Shown here: positions 25,935 through 38,682 of the stretch, one piece after another
How positions within the stretch are numbered: the first letter of the stretch is position 1
Layout: every line of letters begins with the position of its first letter
Origin: Raillietiella orientalis
Taxonomy: Eukaryota
Reading direction: 5' to 3'
Length of the DNA: 64,000 nt
Assembly: GCA_036172245.1 (NCBI GenBank)
Contig: JAYWIR010000037.1
Location: forward strand, 1,054,001-1,118,000
The notes under the pieces: model-generated
What the model was told of the DNA's origin: nothing
The model's input: only the letters and a program-made list of their open reading frames with translations
Databases searched by the model: none
Translations under genes and position numbers: made by a program

Positions 25935-26886
25935 TTATTTATCACCCGGGTGCGCCGGGGCGTTTATTAAAAACTATCCGGGAACAGAGTTCCTGGACAA
26001 AGGGGTAAACAAGAGACGAAGGGGGTGGGATCCCCGACACGCAGGTCTGTATAGAGAAAGTCCGGAACGGGAGGGAGGGGACCACAAATACACTACTATA
26101 AAAAAATAAAAATAATAATATGGAGGGCAGGGGACAGGGGTCTTTGGAGAGTCCGTTCCTTCCTTTCAAAACCGGCGATGGATGCCGGCGATCTCTCTCC
26201 TCACGTCCTCTGGCAGATGGACCCACTCGGCAGCCGACGACATGCTTGCGCTTGCTAAGCCGGTGGGCTGACGAAGGATGGCCAGCTTCTCCAACTCTCG
26301 GTGGGCCTTGTCGATGGCGCGGGTGCAACACACGGTTGCAACGACAGCACCTAAGGACAGGCCGCCTGGCGTGAAGAAGCGGCGCATCAAGTCTCTTGCG
26401 GTGTCCCCCTGGTGCAGAAGAGCTGAGGCCAGCCTCCGCCACAGTCCTAGAAGGGCACCGCAGTCCAGGAGCAGGTGCGGGAGCGTTTCCACTTCCCCGC
26501 ACCGTTTACAGTTCGGGGAGACAACTCCCCCGGAAACACGGTTCGTGCGCTGGCTGGAGTGAAAACCCCAATGCATCAGCATGATGACGTCCTGTTCCAG
26601 CTCAAAGGAAACACAGAAGTGTTCAAACAGGAAGGAGGGACCACAAGTTCTTCGGGGGGCACACTCAAGTGTTCACTCCACCGAAGGAGTCCCTTCGAGA
26701 TGTGGCGAGGCGTGGCGGTGTCTGCCAGCTCGCAAGTCCTCCAGCCGCCAATAGGTCGCGTTGTTCCTGCAATGGTGCAGGCGACCTCCCATCTCGCCGG
26801 TTGGCAGCTGTCATCTCTTGCCCTGAGGGCTGACAGTGCGTCGGCGAGGGGGGTGAGGGCCAGGCCGGTCCACTTCTCCTGGCTGC
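25935..26886 (-). mobile_element. 5'-truncated L1/Tx1-like non-LTR retrotransposon (ORF2 C-terminus with zinc-binding motif plus 3' UTR)
   Basis: Peptide CKRCGEVETLPHLLLDC (CxxC-x-H-x-C). 12-bp TSD tgcaggagctat at 25923-25934 and 26887-26898. 3' end aataaacgccccggcgcacccgggtga followed by a taaataa tail. Confidence 0.85.
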
Positions 26887-29800
26887 TGCAGGAGCTATAG
26901 GATCATTTCAGCAAGGTTTGCGTTTGTCTCATCTAAGATGTCTCATCAAGGCTTTGTCCAGAGTAGATGAACGAGGCATCCATTCTATTCCAATGTATTA
27001 TGTGCAGCTACCCACTATCTTTTATGGCGACCGTTTGCTAAACATCTTTCCGTATCAATTGGAAATTTCGTTCTTCCTTTTTTTGGCCCCCTGACCCCAA
27101 AGGAAACTTAGGATGAAATCAAGTACGATCCGCTTCAATCTTTAAAATGGTTTTAGTAGTACTGCTTAGCGTTCCAAGACAGACTTGAGAGGTTTGTAGG
27201 AATGCAAAGAATTTTTTGATGGAAATTCGGAGTTTTACCATTGCCTGTAGGACCTGTGGGATCGGATTCATCTCCCTTCCTTTTGACTTAGAATGCGACC
27301 GGACCGTAGCAAAAGCTGAACAGTCGTGCAAGGATTGAGCAATCGCGAGTTTGCAGAGGGCGGAATCAGAGTAGAACCGAATGTCCCCATTGATAAAGAG
27401 ATTGCTGGTTCAGTGAACTGCACGTCATTTCACACCTTCATGTTCACATCATGCATCGTGACGAGTAGGGAAACAACCTCTTTTCCAGTACACTGGCTTC
27501 AGTCTTCCACTCTTGGACAAGTCTGTTTCCCATTTGAAAGCATTTAACGGAATGGCTCGCCGCAGTACTTTTTCCGATGGCAATCTGACACTGATCAGTT
27601 CACCGAGAAGGCTTTCCAAGGAAAGTTAGTATAAGAATTTTCAGAGTGTTTGTGGACGTGGACGATTCCGCCCGATGATACTATCTAGTAGAACCGCCCT
27701 GGAAGAACAACGAAGCGATTTTCAACAGATTGGCCCATTTGTTTCTCGTTCGAGCACTGACACAAAGGGTACGGCTGATTATAGTGCTCCGGACAAAGAG
27801 AATTCGGATGACTTTCTCCACTGTTCCCGCAGCCATGAAAGCCTTGGCTGTGGACCAAAGGTTCGAGAAACCACGTGCCATTTGCTATGGCTTTACATCA
27901 CAACTTGGAAATGTTCGGATTCCTCGTGTGAGGCGCGGAACTCCCAGCATCAGCGTGCATATTCCCCCCCACCCCCCCTTATCATGATCAGGGAATTCAA
28001 AATTATTCCTCACAATCCAATGGCTCAAATCTTAAGTCTCCTGTTTAGCAAAAGAGAATCACTGTAGTCTCCCGTATGACGCAAGGCATACGTTCCGCGT
28101 TATGCGAGTCCCGTGGGTTAAGCAGGAATCATATCGTAGTATTTATGTAAGGTATTGAATACATCTTAGAACTATTGCAGTAAGATATTTGTTTTAACTT
28201 GAGATGAAAGGAAAAGGTAAAAGTTTTTATTTGCTATTTTAACTTGAAGTAGAAGATTTCAGAGTTTCGTTGGCAATTAATGAATCTAAGCAATTCTACA
28301 GTTTCAGCTCTGTTGTTCTTGCTCTATCTTGTTCATGAAGATTTGAATAAAATAGAATGCAAGCTAATGCAAGTCATGCGCTCGTATCTTTTTTGAAACA
28401 GCACAACTTCATCCAGGGGCTGATTTATCCGGAAATATCTGAAGTTTTTCGTCGCGTTGTACGAATCCGCTTCATACGGGAGTCTCTCCCGTACTTGGGA
28501 AATGGCAGAACTGCACAACGTCATCTGGAAGACGAGAAATCGCCGATCTCATAGACAAAGGAGACAGTTTGAAATTACCTTTCTTTATGCATTTTTTTTC
28601 TCGGTTCCATAAGATCAAATGTGTACATACTGTAAGTAATCAGGATGAAAGTATGAAGGCGTCGGAAGCATCGTTTTCACATTTTTCATAACCGTCACTA
28701 CGTTCTGCATACCTCGATATGTTTTACAGTTTAAGGCTGATTCTCAATTTGGAAACGGACGCTGCGTGAAAATGAGCACCGCGACCGTCGACACAGAACA
28801 TTATTATTCTTTATCAACACTTTCGTGAAGGCAGCAAGTCGTTCTCAAGCGTTTCATCTGTGTTCGATGCAGAACCAAATCAAACCAGAACAGAACCCTC
28901 AAAATGAAGCTGGTCCAGGAGAGCGGAGGAAACAGGTTGGTGCCCGCAGTCGACGGTGCAAGTAAACCGAAGCTGATAACTGGCTGCCTAGGAAAGATGA
29001 TGAGAAAGCACAACATCCGTGAATCCTGGAGCATGTCTAATGGTCTCTCGGGGATGGGAGTAAGGCACAGCTGCGTCTGCATCTGTAATAAATTCGTGAA
29101 CTTTTCAAATTCTGATCCCCCTCCCCCCATTCTTTCTCACTCGTTCACCATAATTTCGTCTTTTGATCTGCTTGCAAATTGATGCATGTGCGATAAGAAG
29201 CGGTTGCTCGTCTGCAGAAGAAAGTGGCTCTTCTGCCACGAGAAAATGAGTCGCACTGCAAATCCGGCCCGCCTGCAACGTGCCAAAAAATTACAAAGCG
29301 GATTTCCATAACCAGAAATACGTCGTTCGAGTGCAAACTTTCCACGCTGCTGTGGTGCTTTTTATCCCTTTTTTTTTTTTTGGCCCGTTCTTTCGTTTAC
29401 AACACGGCTGCTCTTCTCGCTGCTCCACGATCAGCGATTTTCGTGTCATGCCGGTGGGGCCTTGGGACCGAGCACCCTCGTTCCTGATTGCACCTGCCCT
29501 TCGTGCATCACGAAATGAAAATTCCAGATCGACTTTTGAGAATCGGAAATAAAACGAGGTGCATCGGTAGTACACTTCCCCTCCCCCCGGAATGAATTGA
29601 ATAGGAATCCAGTTTCGGTTGAGATCCGTATTCACGAACGCATCTCAGAGGGCACCAAAAGGCATTCCTTTTACCCTCCCTTAAGTACTCCCAGCATTCA
29701 GGTTGCAAGTGGATTCTTTCCGAGCAGCCGAATCCGATTTTACACGATTCATTTAAGATGTTTTTTTGCTGCCATCTCACCGGGTCCAAAACTCTGGCAT

Positions 29801-30334
29801 GAAGCTGAAACGGTGGGCTTCGGAGCTGAGCTGATTCTCACATAAGGTGCTTGCGACTTCCGTTCTTGCAGCACGGCAAACATCGCTGCAAGCGAACGTC
29901 AAAGAATATACGAAGAAGGACGTGTTGGGAACGAGGTGCCATCTTTTCTTGGAATCCTGGCGGCGATCCTTCTGTTTCTGAGAACTGCCGAGAATGTTTG
30001 TTTCGCCACGCATTCTCATGACTCTCGGACGGCTGCGTTGCTCTCAAGAAACCAGAAAAGTGGTCTCAGTGCTTCCATTCGATGCCTGCAAACCCTTTGT
30101 TATTCTTCGGCATTCCAAGTACGCAGTTGAAAAGATGTACACGAGTTGCAGCCAACCGATTTCCAATAAGTGTACATAAATTGTAAATTGCACGTTCCTG
30201 TGGCACTTTTGTAACGCAATGAGATGGCGCACGAGGCACACGACCGACGGGAATGCCAACCTTGAAGGCAATTATGGGTATAGGGAAAACAAAACCGTTG
30301 AAGAAGAGCGAGTGAGAGAGCGAACGTGTTCAGT

Positions 30335-30376
30335 GGCCTACATCAGACCCACATGTAAGTGGGTCTGATGTAGGCC
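30335..30376. repeat. Perfect 18-bp inverted repeat (hairpin, 6-nt loop)
   Basis: ggcctacatcagacccac-atgtaa-gtgggtctgatgtaggcc. Confidence 0.9.
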
Positions 30377-32796
30377 CTTCGTAGTACTGAGATATCAAGG
30401 CCCAGGAAGAACGCGCTCTTTTATCAATCCTACTCTTTTTTTTTTTGTGTTTTTCACCACCTAATTGCACCGAAAAAGAAGAAAAAAAGTCCCTTCCTCT
30501 TATTTTGAAGTCGGCTGCTGCAAGTAGCCGTGTGGCAACCAGTGAAACGAGATCGAGTTGCTGTGCCTCCTCTGTGGCATTGTCTCAACATTCTACTGCT
30601 TCCAATGGAATGATGGCAACATGACGGAATTTGCTTTGAACATAATGCAGCTGTGCTCACTTTGCACTTTTCTCGAGATCAGCAACCGCTCCGTATTTTC
30701 AGAGTGTCTGAGCAGTTCTCGAGAGAGGACCTTGCTGCAGCTGGTCCTTAGCAGGTGAGCCTTAAAAGTCTTGCCCTTTGTGCGGGGGATGCGATTTGAC
30801 CAGGGTGGCATCTCAGTCATGATTGCTTGTAAAACGAATCTACAGGAGACGTCTCTGGAAGCTCCTCTTCAGGAGGAAGCTTGCCTCGTTTTCGTTGACA
30901 GCGGCGTGGGATTCATCGCGGAGGAGTGATAGAAACAGAAATTTAGATCCAGTCTTACTTTCCGCGTCATCTACACATCAATCTACTGGCTTTCCAAGAG
31001 CGTTCGGTGGTTCCTCATCAAGCTGAAGGTGTTTGCAATGTTTTGTTTTAGAAAGTTCTGTGCTGAACAGCTGGAATCATACATCGCACTTTCAAACTTG
31101 TGTTGTACAATCTCCCGGCAAGTTTCATGGAAACGCTTCCGACATTCGGCTGTTTTTTTTTTTCTTTGGAAGCGGGAAGTTCAACAGCACTCAGCACAGA
31201 TCATTTGTTACCGTGATTTGACGTCGACCACTGTCTTCTCTCATCCGACTGGACGGAAGAGGAAGCGCCTAAACTAGCATCGAGCACTTAATTTGCTTTC
31301 ACTCAGTTGAGACGAGATGTGAACACATCCACATTTCCAAAAGTTTAGAATTCAGCTGATCAATTTGTTGGTCACCTTGCTTCGGCAAAGTATGGTTAGC
31401 CATCATGGATCTCACAGACGGAAGAAATCCTTCACAACAGCCGATCTGCGAACCTGTCGTAAATCATCCATTGATGCTGCAGTGCCATTCGTGATTCCGT
31501 CAGAAGTACGGAATTTCCTCATCAACCTTTTTTGTGACCTACGACCAATTCTTTCTTATTCTTGCGACTCTGCTTCGACTACTGCACTTAAACAGGTCCT
31601 CGAGAATAAAACAGAGAAGCTCAGAAGCCGTTTCGTAGATCATCTGGCGGCTGATCTTTAAGACTGTTAAGATTCTTGGCAAAGTTTGGAGTTGATGCCT
31701 GAGTTTGTTTTTCCAATGTCTTCTTCTATATCTTCCAGGAGAACATCGTGTCGCGCAGATAAAATCGTGAACGGCGAAGCAGCCGTACTTATTCGACGTC
31801 TTCCACTGAAGAGAGCACTTCACATGGTTTTTATGCATCCCTTAGAACGAGATTTAGCCTCCAATGCCTCCTCTTCCAAAGTTGATCTTTGCGCAGTAGT
31901 GATTGGTCTTTGCAGCCTCCAAGGAATGGGATGTTGCTAATCTCCTACGGGAAGAATTTTCCGTGCACAAAACAACACGAGCACTTTTTGGTGCACGGGA
32001 TTTTGCTACCTGGGCCGAAGAGCTCCATCCAAAATTCTGAATTCAGCATTCTGTAAACTTCTCCTCTAACCAGAAAATCCCGCGTCATGGGTCAGAAGGT
32101 GCAGCCGAATGGTGGATACTTCAAAGTTGAGACAGCCTGACAGCAAACAGTCAGTGACCTTCCTTTTCAACGACTCCGCTATTCAACAACAGTGTGGTAT
32201 TTCTCTCTCTCTCGTTGTTCCCCATTTTGCACTCTGTTAGAGGATGAGGGCCTCGGTAGGACTCCCAAGCGTCCAGGCTACCGACAGACAGTGACAGAAG
32301 GAATTGCACTCTCAGCAGCTGATGGAACTGGTTGCCATGGTCGTGATCTAAACCATACAGGATTGAGCTAAAATGCGCTCTGTACCTCAAAGGATGGGTG
32401 GATGCGTCGTTCCAACCGGGGATCAAGCCAACAAAAAACGTGCATCGGCGTCCAGACTGTCCCTCCCCCCCTTCCCAGAACTACAGAATAGGGTATGAAC
32501 AGAAAACACTTCAAGTTCGTTGGACTGGGAGTTTTATTTATAGAACAGGTAAAGAAGTGGATCGGTGCAGGGTAGATCCGCAGAATAGGGACAGCTTCAG
32601 GAATTCTTGCTGACACTTTCAAGGTCTGAAATCTCTGTTTCGAAGTCTGTCAGTCCGCAAAGGATTTTCAGATTTCCCCACATCTACCACCTTCCCACTT
32701 TTGCTGAAAAATAACCCTTCAGAGCAACCGAGGGTCCACCACGGAATGCCGGAATTTTCTGTGGATCACTGCTCATAGTAAAGCAAGTGAAGAAAT

Positions 32797-33261
32797 TTGT
32801 TACCCAGTAACGCCGGAACGTTTATTAAAAAAAAGATAAACCAGTTGGGAGTACGCTGGTAGACGGCAACAAAAAACAAAGGCGAATGTCCACCGGCACG
32901 CATACCGGGAAAATGGACAGTGCGGAACGGGAGAAGGACAGGGGACCACAAAAATAAACTGAATTGGGTGGAATGGGGCAGGAATCTTTGGATTCGCTCA
33001 GCACGCACCAGGATGAAAGCAAAAAAACAACGGGAAAATTGCGGAGCAAACAGATATGGGAAACGAAATAAATAAATAAAGGAGGGAAAGGGACCAGGGT
33101 CACCGGGAACGACCGTTCCTAACGATCCACAAAATGGAGCTGTATGCCGTCTCCTCCTTCCACTCTTCTTCCAGGTGAGGCCACCTTGCAGTCGTCCTGA
33201 TGTAGGCGGCTGCCATGGTGGTGACCTCCCTTCTCTGCGTGGTTGTCTCCAGCACATGTCG
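32797..33261 (-). mobile_element. Short 5'-truncated non-LTR retrotransposon 3' end (related family)
   Basis: 14-bp TSD gcaagtgaagaaat at 32783-32796 and 33262-33275. 3' end aataaacgttccggcgttactgggtaa matches the terminus of the 25935, 37761 and 44739 copies. The 3' UTR is pyrimidine-rich on the sense strand. Confidence 0.8.
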
Positions 33262-34919
33262 GCAAGTGAAGAAATAGTCCCTCTCACAGTCGACCCGACC
33301 ATTCACCGTTCTGTACCTCGCTGGTTTCTCAGAGGAAAGGGAATCTGAAAAACTTTCTAGGTAGCTGTGTTTTCCCTTAGATGAAATGAAAGTGAGATCC
33401 CAGCTGAATGCCCGTCTCGATTTCACCTCCTGGTCGTGGTATGCTAAGGATTCTGCACACCGCTCCGTCGGGGCGAGTGACGATCCTCAGGCTCCAAATG
33501 CTGTTGTTTCGGGGCAAACACGCGGCTGTTGCTCGGCAACACCAGGACCGCTTGTCTGTGTGCATCAAAAGTACACGTATAGAAACAGCAAGCAGACTAG
33601 TGGGAAGCTGGCTTCCAGACGAATCCAAGCCAGGAGTACTCCTCCCTGCAGGAGAATTATGTGTGCATTCGAAATGATTACAGGTGAATAAATAAAAAAT
33701 AAATAAAGTGAAAATCCGGCGGTGGCAGGAGACTACCCGATTGCTCCCAGGGAGGTTCTCTCTGTATCCCGCTAATTTCGTTCCTTGTTAGTTGAGATAG
33801 GTGGAGGGAAAGCTTTCATGCTCCTCTTAGCAGGATGGGAGAGGAAAGGAAGGTGAGGATACAGACGGAAGATTTCATCCTGAACAAGAAAATCTTTCAG
33901 GAGACACTAAATTCACAAACGCTTTTTGGAGATGCTGTATCTGCTTGACTTAGATATGCTTCAAACGATTCGTTGAGCACCTCCAGGAAGATGTTCTAAA
34001 TACGCACATCAGGACCACTTGTATAAACAAGTTCAGAAGACATACGCGGAGGATCTTGTCACAGAAACAACCCCTGAATTTTTGTCGTCAAGGATTCCTT
34101 CCACGGTCACAAGTAGAGATGTGCTACTGTCATGAGAATTTGGTTTCGTTTTTGAGATCTATGAATCGAAATACGCGAGATGAGAATTTCTGTTTCCCGG
34201 TACCAATTGGTGACGGGATGGTCTGTTGCGGGCTTCCTCTTAGGATGACTAGAAACTCAAAATGCATCATGAAACGCTCCTCTGACGCGAAAGAGTCTCT
34301 TTGATTTCGCCACTACAACAGCTCGTTAATCAAGTTCTATCTGGTGGGAAAGATAAATAAATAAAAGTATACGGGACAAAAGAATCCACTGATTGGGACG
34401 CTTTGTGCAATACCACAGGGAAAAGTGCGTCAATCCTGGATGGCAGCCAGGGTCCCTCTAAGGAATTATGTGCTGTGTTTCTGGGAGTCCTCCAGTTTCA
34501 TCTTATCAAAAGTACCCCAGTGAGTTCTTCTCTGCTGCTATTCCCTCCTCTCCATCATGAGCAGTCAGGTAGCCCTAGGATTCTGAAATTGACCTCTCTC
34601 GGAAGATGGTCGTTCGCTTTTATTCTCTCCTCCCGAGGTGGCAGCACATCTCAGCTTCGACCTCCGGAACCACGAGTGCAGTGGGGAGCAACAGACCTGT
34701 CGACTCCACTAAATACACTAAATACAACGAAAGATTGGTTCTATTGATTTCCTTCCAGAAATACAGACCTTAAAAAGGGGAACAGGCTAAAAATAGAACC
34801 CACTAGCTAGATTTAAAGAGAAAATCAGGCACAGCTCTTGGTCACAAACTTTATGAATACCTTGCCACGACGGAGGGACTTGCGAACCAATCTTCCAGTT
34901 TGGTGCTCTGGGGTGTCTC

Positions 34920-36839
34920 TTAGGGCTTCCCGGAATACCTCGGTGACTATGTGGAGAAGAATCTCAAAGGACAATAGTGCAAAATAACCATCAACGGGCA
35001 TGACACGGCAGCCATCCGGATGGAAAGGGGAATCCTCCAGGGACACGTCCTCAATCTGCTGCTGTTCGTGGTGTACATGGAGGCGGTTTCGTCTCTGGTC
35101 CACAGTGACGGCCATTTGCAAGGAATACGCATTGACGACGACAGACTGACGCACCTGGCATATGCAGACGATCTGCTCTTCATCCAGAAGGCATGCGTTC
35201 CTCGGTGTCGTCGGATCCATGGAGACAGGTCTGGGCTTGAAGATCAACGCCCAGAAATCCCAACTATTGCCTATCGGAATCCTGGACATCTCCACCTTAA
35301 TGGAGGAAGGATTCTGAGTAGTGGACGAGATCAAGTACCTGGGAATCCACATTGGCGACGCCTTGGCTTTGCAACAGGTGTGGAAATAAACTCTGGGGAA
35401 AACGAAAGAAGAGGCTACAAATTACGTCCGACTCGACTTTTGACTGAAGCAGAGGGCAAACCGGTGGAACAGAGTTCTCCTTCCCAAGGTGCTCTTCGGA
35501 GCGGTCTTCTGCCGACTGGATGAACGAACGAGCAAGGAGGTGGAACAACTGCAGCGGAGGATATTGTGGAAACAGTTCAAGCCTCAGGTCAGGCTTAGAC
35601 TGCTGTGTCGACCGCGAGACAAGGGCGGGACCCTGATGAAATCGCTCGAGTAATCCGTGGATCTCCTGGACGTGCGACAAATCCTGGATCTTGCCAGCAG
35701 ATGGGACGAATGGCCTCATGCTGTTCACAGAGCCTACTCGCAGCTGCTCAACAATTCGAGAGACCGGAAGTCTGCCCTAATAGGCAAACAAGAGCAGTGG
35801 GGAAACATCGATCCCACTTGGAAGTGCAAGCAGGCACTGTGAACACCTACCACCTCAAAATAGTGCCTAGAAGTAAGAAATTTGGGGAGATGAACTGTTA
35901 AAGATCATCCCATGCTTCCTGCACGTCCCTTGGGAGACCAGAAAGTGGATGTTCGAGAGGCCAAGGATAACCATCAAGGACTGCGAGCAGTCCACAACCA
36001 ATGGCGACCTCCAAAAGATGCGACTGTTTCGCCTCACCAAGAAGATAATGAGAAGATTTACCTACAAGTATCGAGAGCTCTGGACAAATCAGGAATCCAA
36101 CTGCTGGCGCCCGATCACCAGAGGAAACATCCGAAAAGCAGTGAATAAGAATCCCGACGAGGATGACGCTCTGTCTGTGGCCGCCAGCCGCTACGGATGC
36201 CGCCAGGTGAACCCGCTGGCGGTTAGAACCACGGTCTGGACAGCGATTTACCACCCGACACTCAAGATGACCTCCTGATGTTTTATCACGGGAACATCCT
36301 GAGCGACACGGGGACTAAGCACTGGCCAGGGAACGTTCAAGACGAAATGTGTGGAATCAGGGAAACCCAATTCCACGTACTCACCTGCCCTACGCTGCTC
36401 TGCGACTGGGCCAAGCTAAAGGAGGTGATCGGCTTACAGACGATGAATGTGGACATCCTGGCAGGGATGCTTGGAGGAAACAATAACCTTACCCACTTCC
36501 ATCGTCCTCTTTATCACGAGCATCTTGATAAGAAGGGAGAAAATGCGGACTGGAATGAACAGTACGCTGGCTATGGATATCCTGAAATGCCTATTAAAAA
36601 AGGAAATTGGAATTAGGAGCTGTGGACTGATTCCCACTTGAACATACTGTTATATCCAGCGAAGGATTCAGGAACATTGTCAAGTGGGTGAAATACCCAG
36701 ACAAATTCAGTGTGACTAGTTGCCCGAAGAAGAATAACCCAGATAGTGAAAAACAGTGAAAATTAGTAACAGTGACAAACGCTTGTGAGAGTGAAAAGAA
36801 GAAATAAATTCACCCCAGTGCATGTCAGACTGGGGAAAA
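34920..36839 (+). mobile_element. 5'-truncated, disrupted L1/Tx1-clade non-LTR retrotransposon
   Basis: 12-bp TSD ctggggtgtctc at 34908-34919 and 36840-36851. Contains RT motifs and a C-terminal CGIRETQFHVLTC. Ends in aataaa, the hairpin ccccagt-gcatgtcag-actgggg, then aaaa. Confidence 0.9.
34923..36641 (+). pseudogene. Reverse transcriptase (ORF2) pseudogene with frameshifts and stops
   Basis: GFPEYLGDY...INGH...RGILQGHVLNLLLFVVYME (cf. GVRQGCPLSPLLF), HLAYADDLL, GLKINAQKSQ, IKYLGIHIG, LCRPRDKGG, spread over several frames with in-frame stops. Confidence 0.9.
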
Positions 36840-36869
36840 CTGGGGTGTCTCGCTGGATGCTACGTAGAC

Positions 36870-37716
36870 TGCAAAGAGCTTATTCGATGCCCGCCTTTAG
36901 CGGCAGTATGGCTGCCGTCTCCACGCGTGGCAGCGGGCGTTGCGGGTTCAAATCCCGCCCGGGGTTGGATCGACATCGAGGAATGGGTGCGTCGTGAGTT
37001 TCGAGTCATCCTCTCAGGATGACACTGGTTGATCTGTAGGCTTCGGATGCAGAACTGGTGCAATCCGGATGCTTCCGTCGACTGGCCGGCATTCTGGAAG
37101 TTGACCCTCCGGGGTACTTTCAGGAACCAAAGAGTCTGCTCCCTTCCGGGTTTCCTTACGGTTGGAAAAATGTATCCGTATCCCTCTCGGTGGATTGGAC
37201 TCTTAATCTCGTACCATGGAGCTGGTGGATCGATACCTCTCCAGAGTGTGAAGAAATGTCCTTCTCCCTTCAGGAGAGATCCTTTAGAGAAAATTTAGAA
37301 GCATCCCTTCGGGGTCCTCTTCAGAAGAGAAGGAAACAAGCAGTGGTGGTTCCCTTTAGGGTTCCCTCCGGAGAAGAAAGTCAGAAGCGGACCCTTTTCG
37401 TTTCTTCTTCAGAACAGAAATAATGAGGTGGTCCTCTTAAGGGGTCCCTCCGGAGCGAAGAATGGATCCCTTCGGAGGCAACCAGGGCGAGTTCCTTATC
37501 CAGCGCAAGAGGGAACGGACTCCTTGTTCCAGATCCTTCCTGGATTCATAAGGTGATTCCCTCGGAGTTGCCCTCTATAACTTGAAGAGTTACACTCACC
37601 CTCAGGTAGCAAACGGTGCTTAAAGAGCTTCGTGAGTCCCCCTTAAAGCGGAACGGTTCTTCAGCACTTGGCGAACCAGAAAAAAAAAAAAACTCCGAAA
37701 AAAAAAAAAAAAAAAG
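36870..37716 (+). mobile_element. tRNA-derived SINE-like repeat, copy A
   Basis: tRNA T-arm gcggg-ttcaaat-cccgc at 36942-36958 (B box). Homologous to 4560-5290 and 45690-46140 on the minus strand. Ends in A-rich tracts at 37678-37715. Confidence 0.75.
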
Positions 37717-37760
37717 GTACAAGGAAAGCAGTGAAACAGGGATGTCCATTATCCTGTGGA

Positions 37761-38682
37761 ACGCTCACTGACTGGCTCCAGGAGTCCGTCTTCGCCTGGG
37801 AAGACCCACAGTGCAAGCGCGTAGGGGGTGGGTACGCATGCAGCGAGTAGCGAAGAAAAAAAGTATTAGGGACGTGGACAACCTGGGGAAGTCACGGACG
37901 CTGTGACACGTGACACATCTCACCACGTGGACTTGTACGCTGGGGAGAGCAGCTCGCGATTGCTCCGGAGGAAGTGAAGTGGCCCTCAGCCTCCTGGAAC
38001 ACTTTCGCCCTCCCACCGAGTGGCGGGATTTGGCGTTACTGATGTAGCATGGGGGAACGCCGTGCAAAACGCGTTTTCACCACTGGACACGGGAAAGGAT
38101 CGTGGGCGCTCATTGCGACAGGTGCGGGAAGAAGGAAACCCTCCCGCATCTGCTGCCCTCCCACCCCTTTGGGGATCGCCTCGCCACCATCCCTAGGGAT
38201 CACGGCGGGCGGCCCCAGCAACATTTGCAAACGCCTCTTCTCGCGGGCCGCTGCGCCGCCAGCCGCGTCCCTCTCAGTTTTCTCTGCCGTGTCCGCGGCC
38301 TGGAACGCCAGAAGAAGAGGCCGAAATGCCGAAATGGCGCCATCCGCTAGGCGTGGCGTGGACTTTCCCGAGGAGATGGCTTCACCTGGGGGCATCATGT
38401 GGACGGAACTTGTCGGCATCCTGAAAGGCTTGCAGAGGACGCCGGGCAGCGTACCGTGATCCCTTCCTCGGTCCTCCTCCCCCTTCCATGTATAATTTCC
38501 ACTCCCCTGGTTTGCTTGTTTACTTCTTTTTTGTTTTTGTTTTCCCTTCCGCCGCGCTGCCGGAGTGGACCTCGCCGGTCTGCGTACATGTATCGGGCAG
38601 GTCCATTGAGCGTGGTTCTACCACACAAATGCACTTTTATTACGTTATGTAATAAATGCTCCGGCATAACCGGGTGAGAATG
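37761..38682 (+). mobile_element. 5'-truncated L1/Tx1-like non-LTR tail (left arm of inverted pair)
   Basis: Peptide CDRCGKKETLPHLL. TSD atcctgtgga at 37751-37760 and 38683-38692. 3' end aataaatgctccggcataaccgggtga. 37846-38677 is near-identical to the reverse complement of 44741-45571. Confidence 0.85.

Noticed and set aside
28070..28121. piggyBac-like end (GGG-TTAA)
   Set aside because: I found no matching opposite terminal repeat or transposase.
36812..36835. Extra upstream tRNA-like module shared by SINE copies A and B
   Set aside because: This sequence lies inside the TSD-bounded LINE and forms its terminal hairpin, so the resemblance to ~46200-46225 is probably chance.
36893..36965. 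Functional tRNA gene
   Set aside because: Only the T-arm is intact, the acceptor and anticodon stems pair poorly, and it continues into a repeat body, so it is a SINE head.
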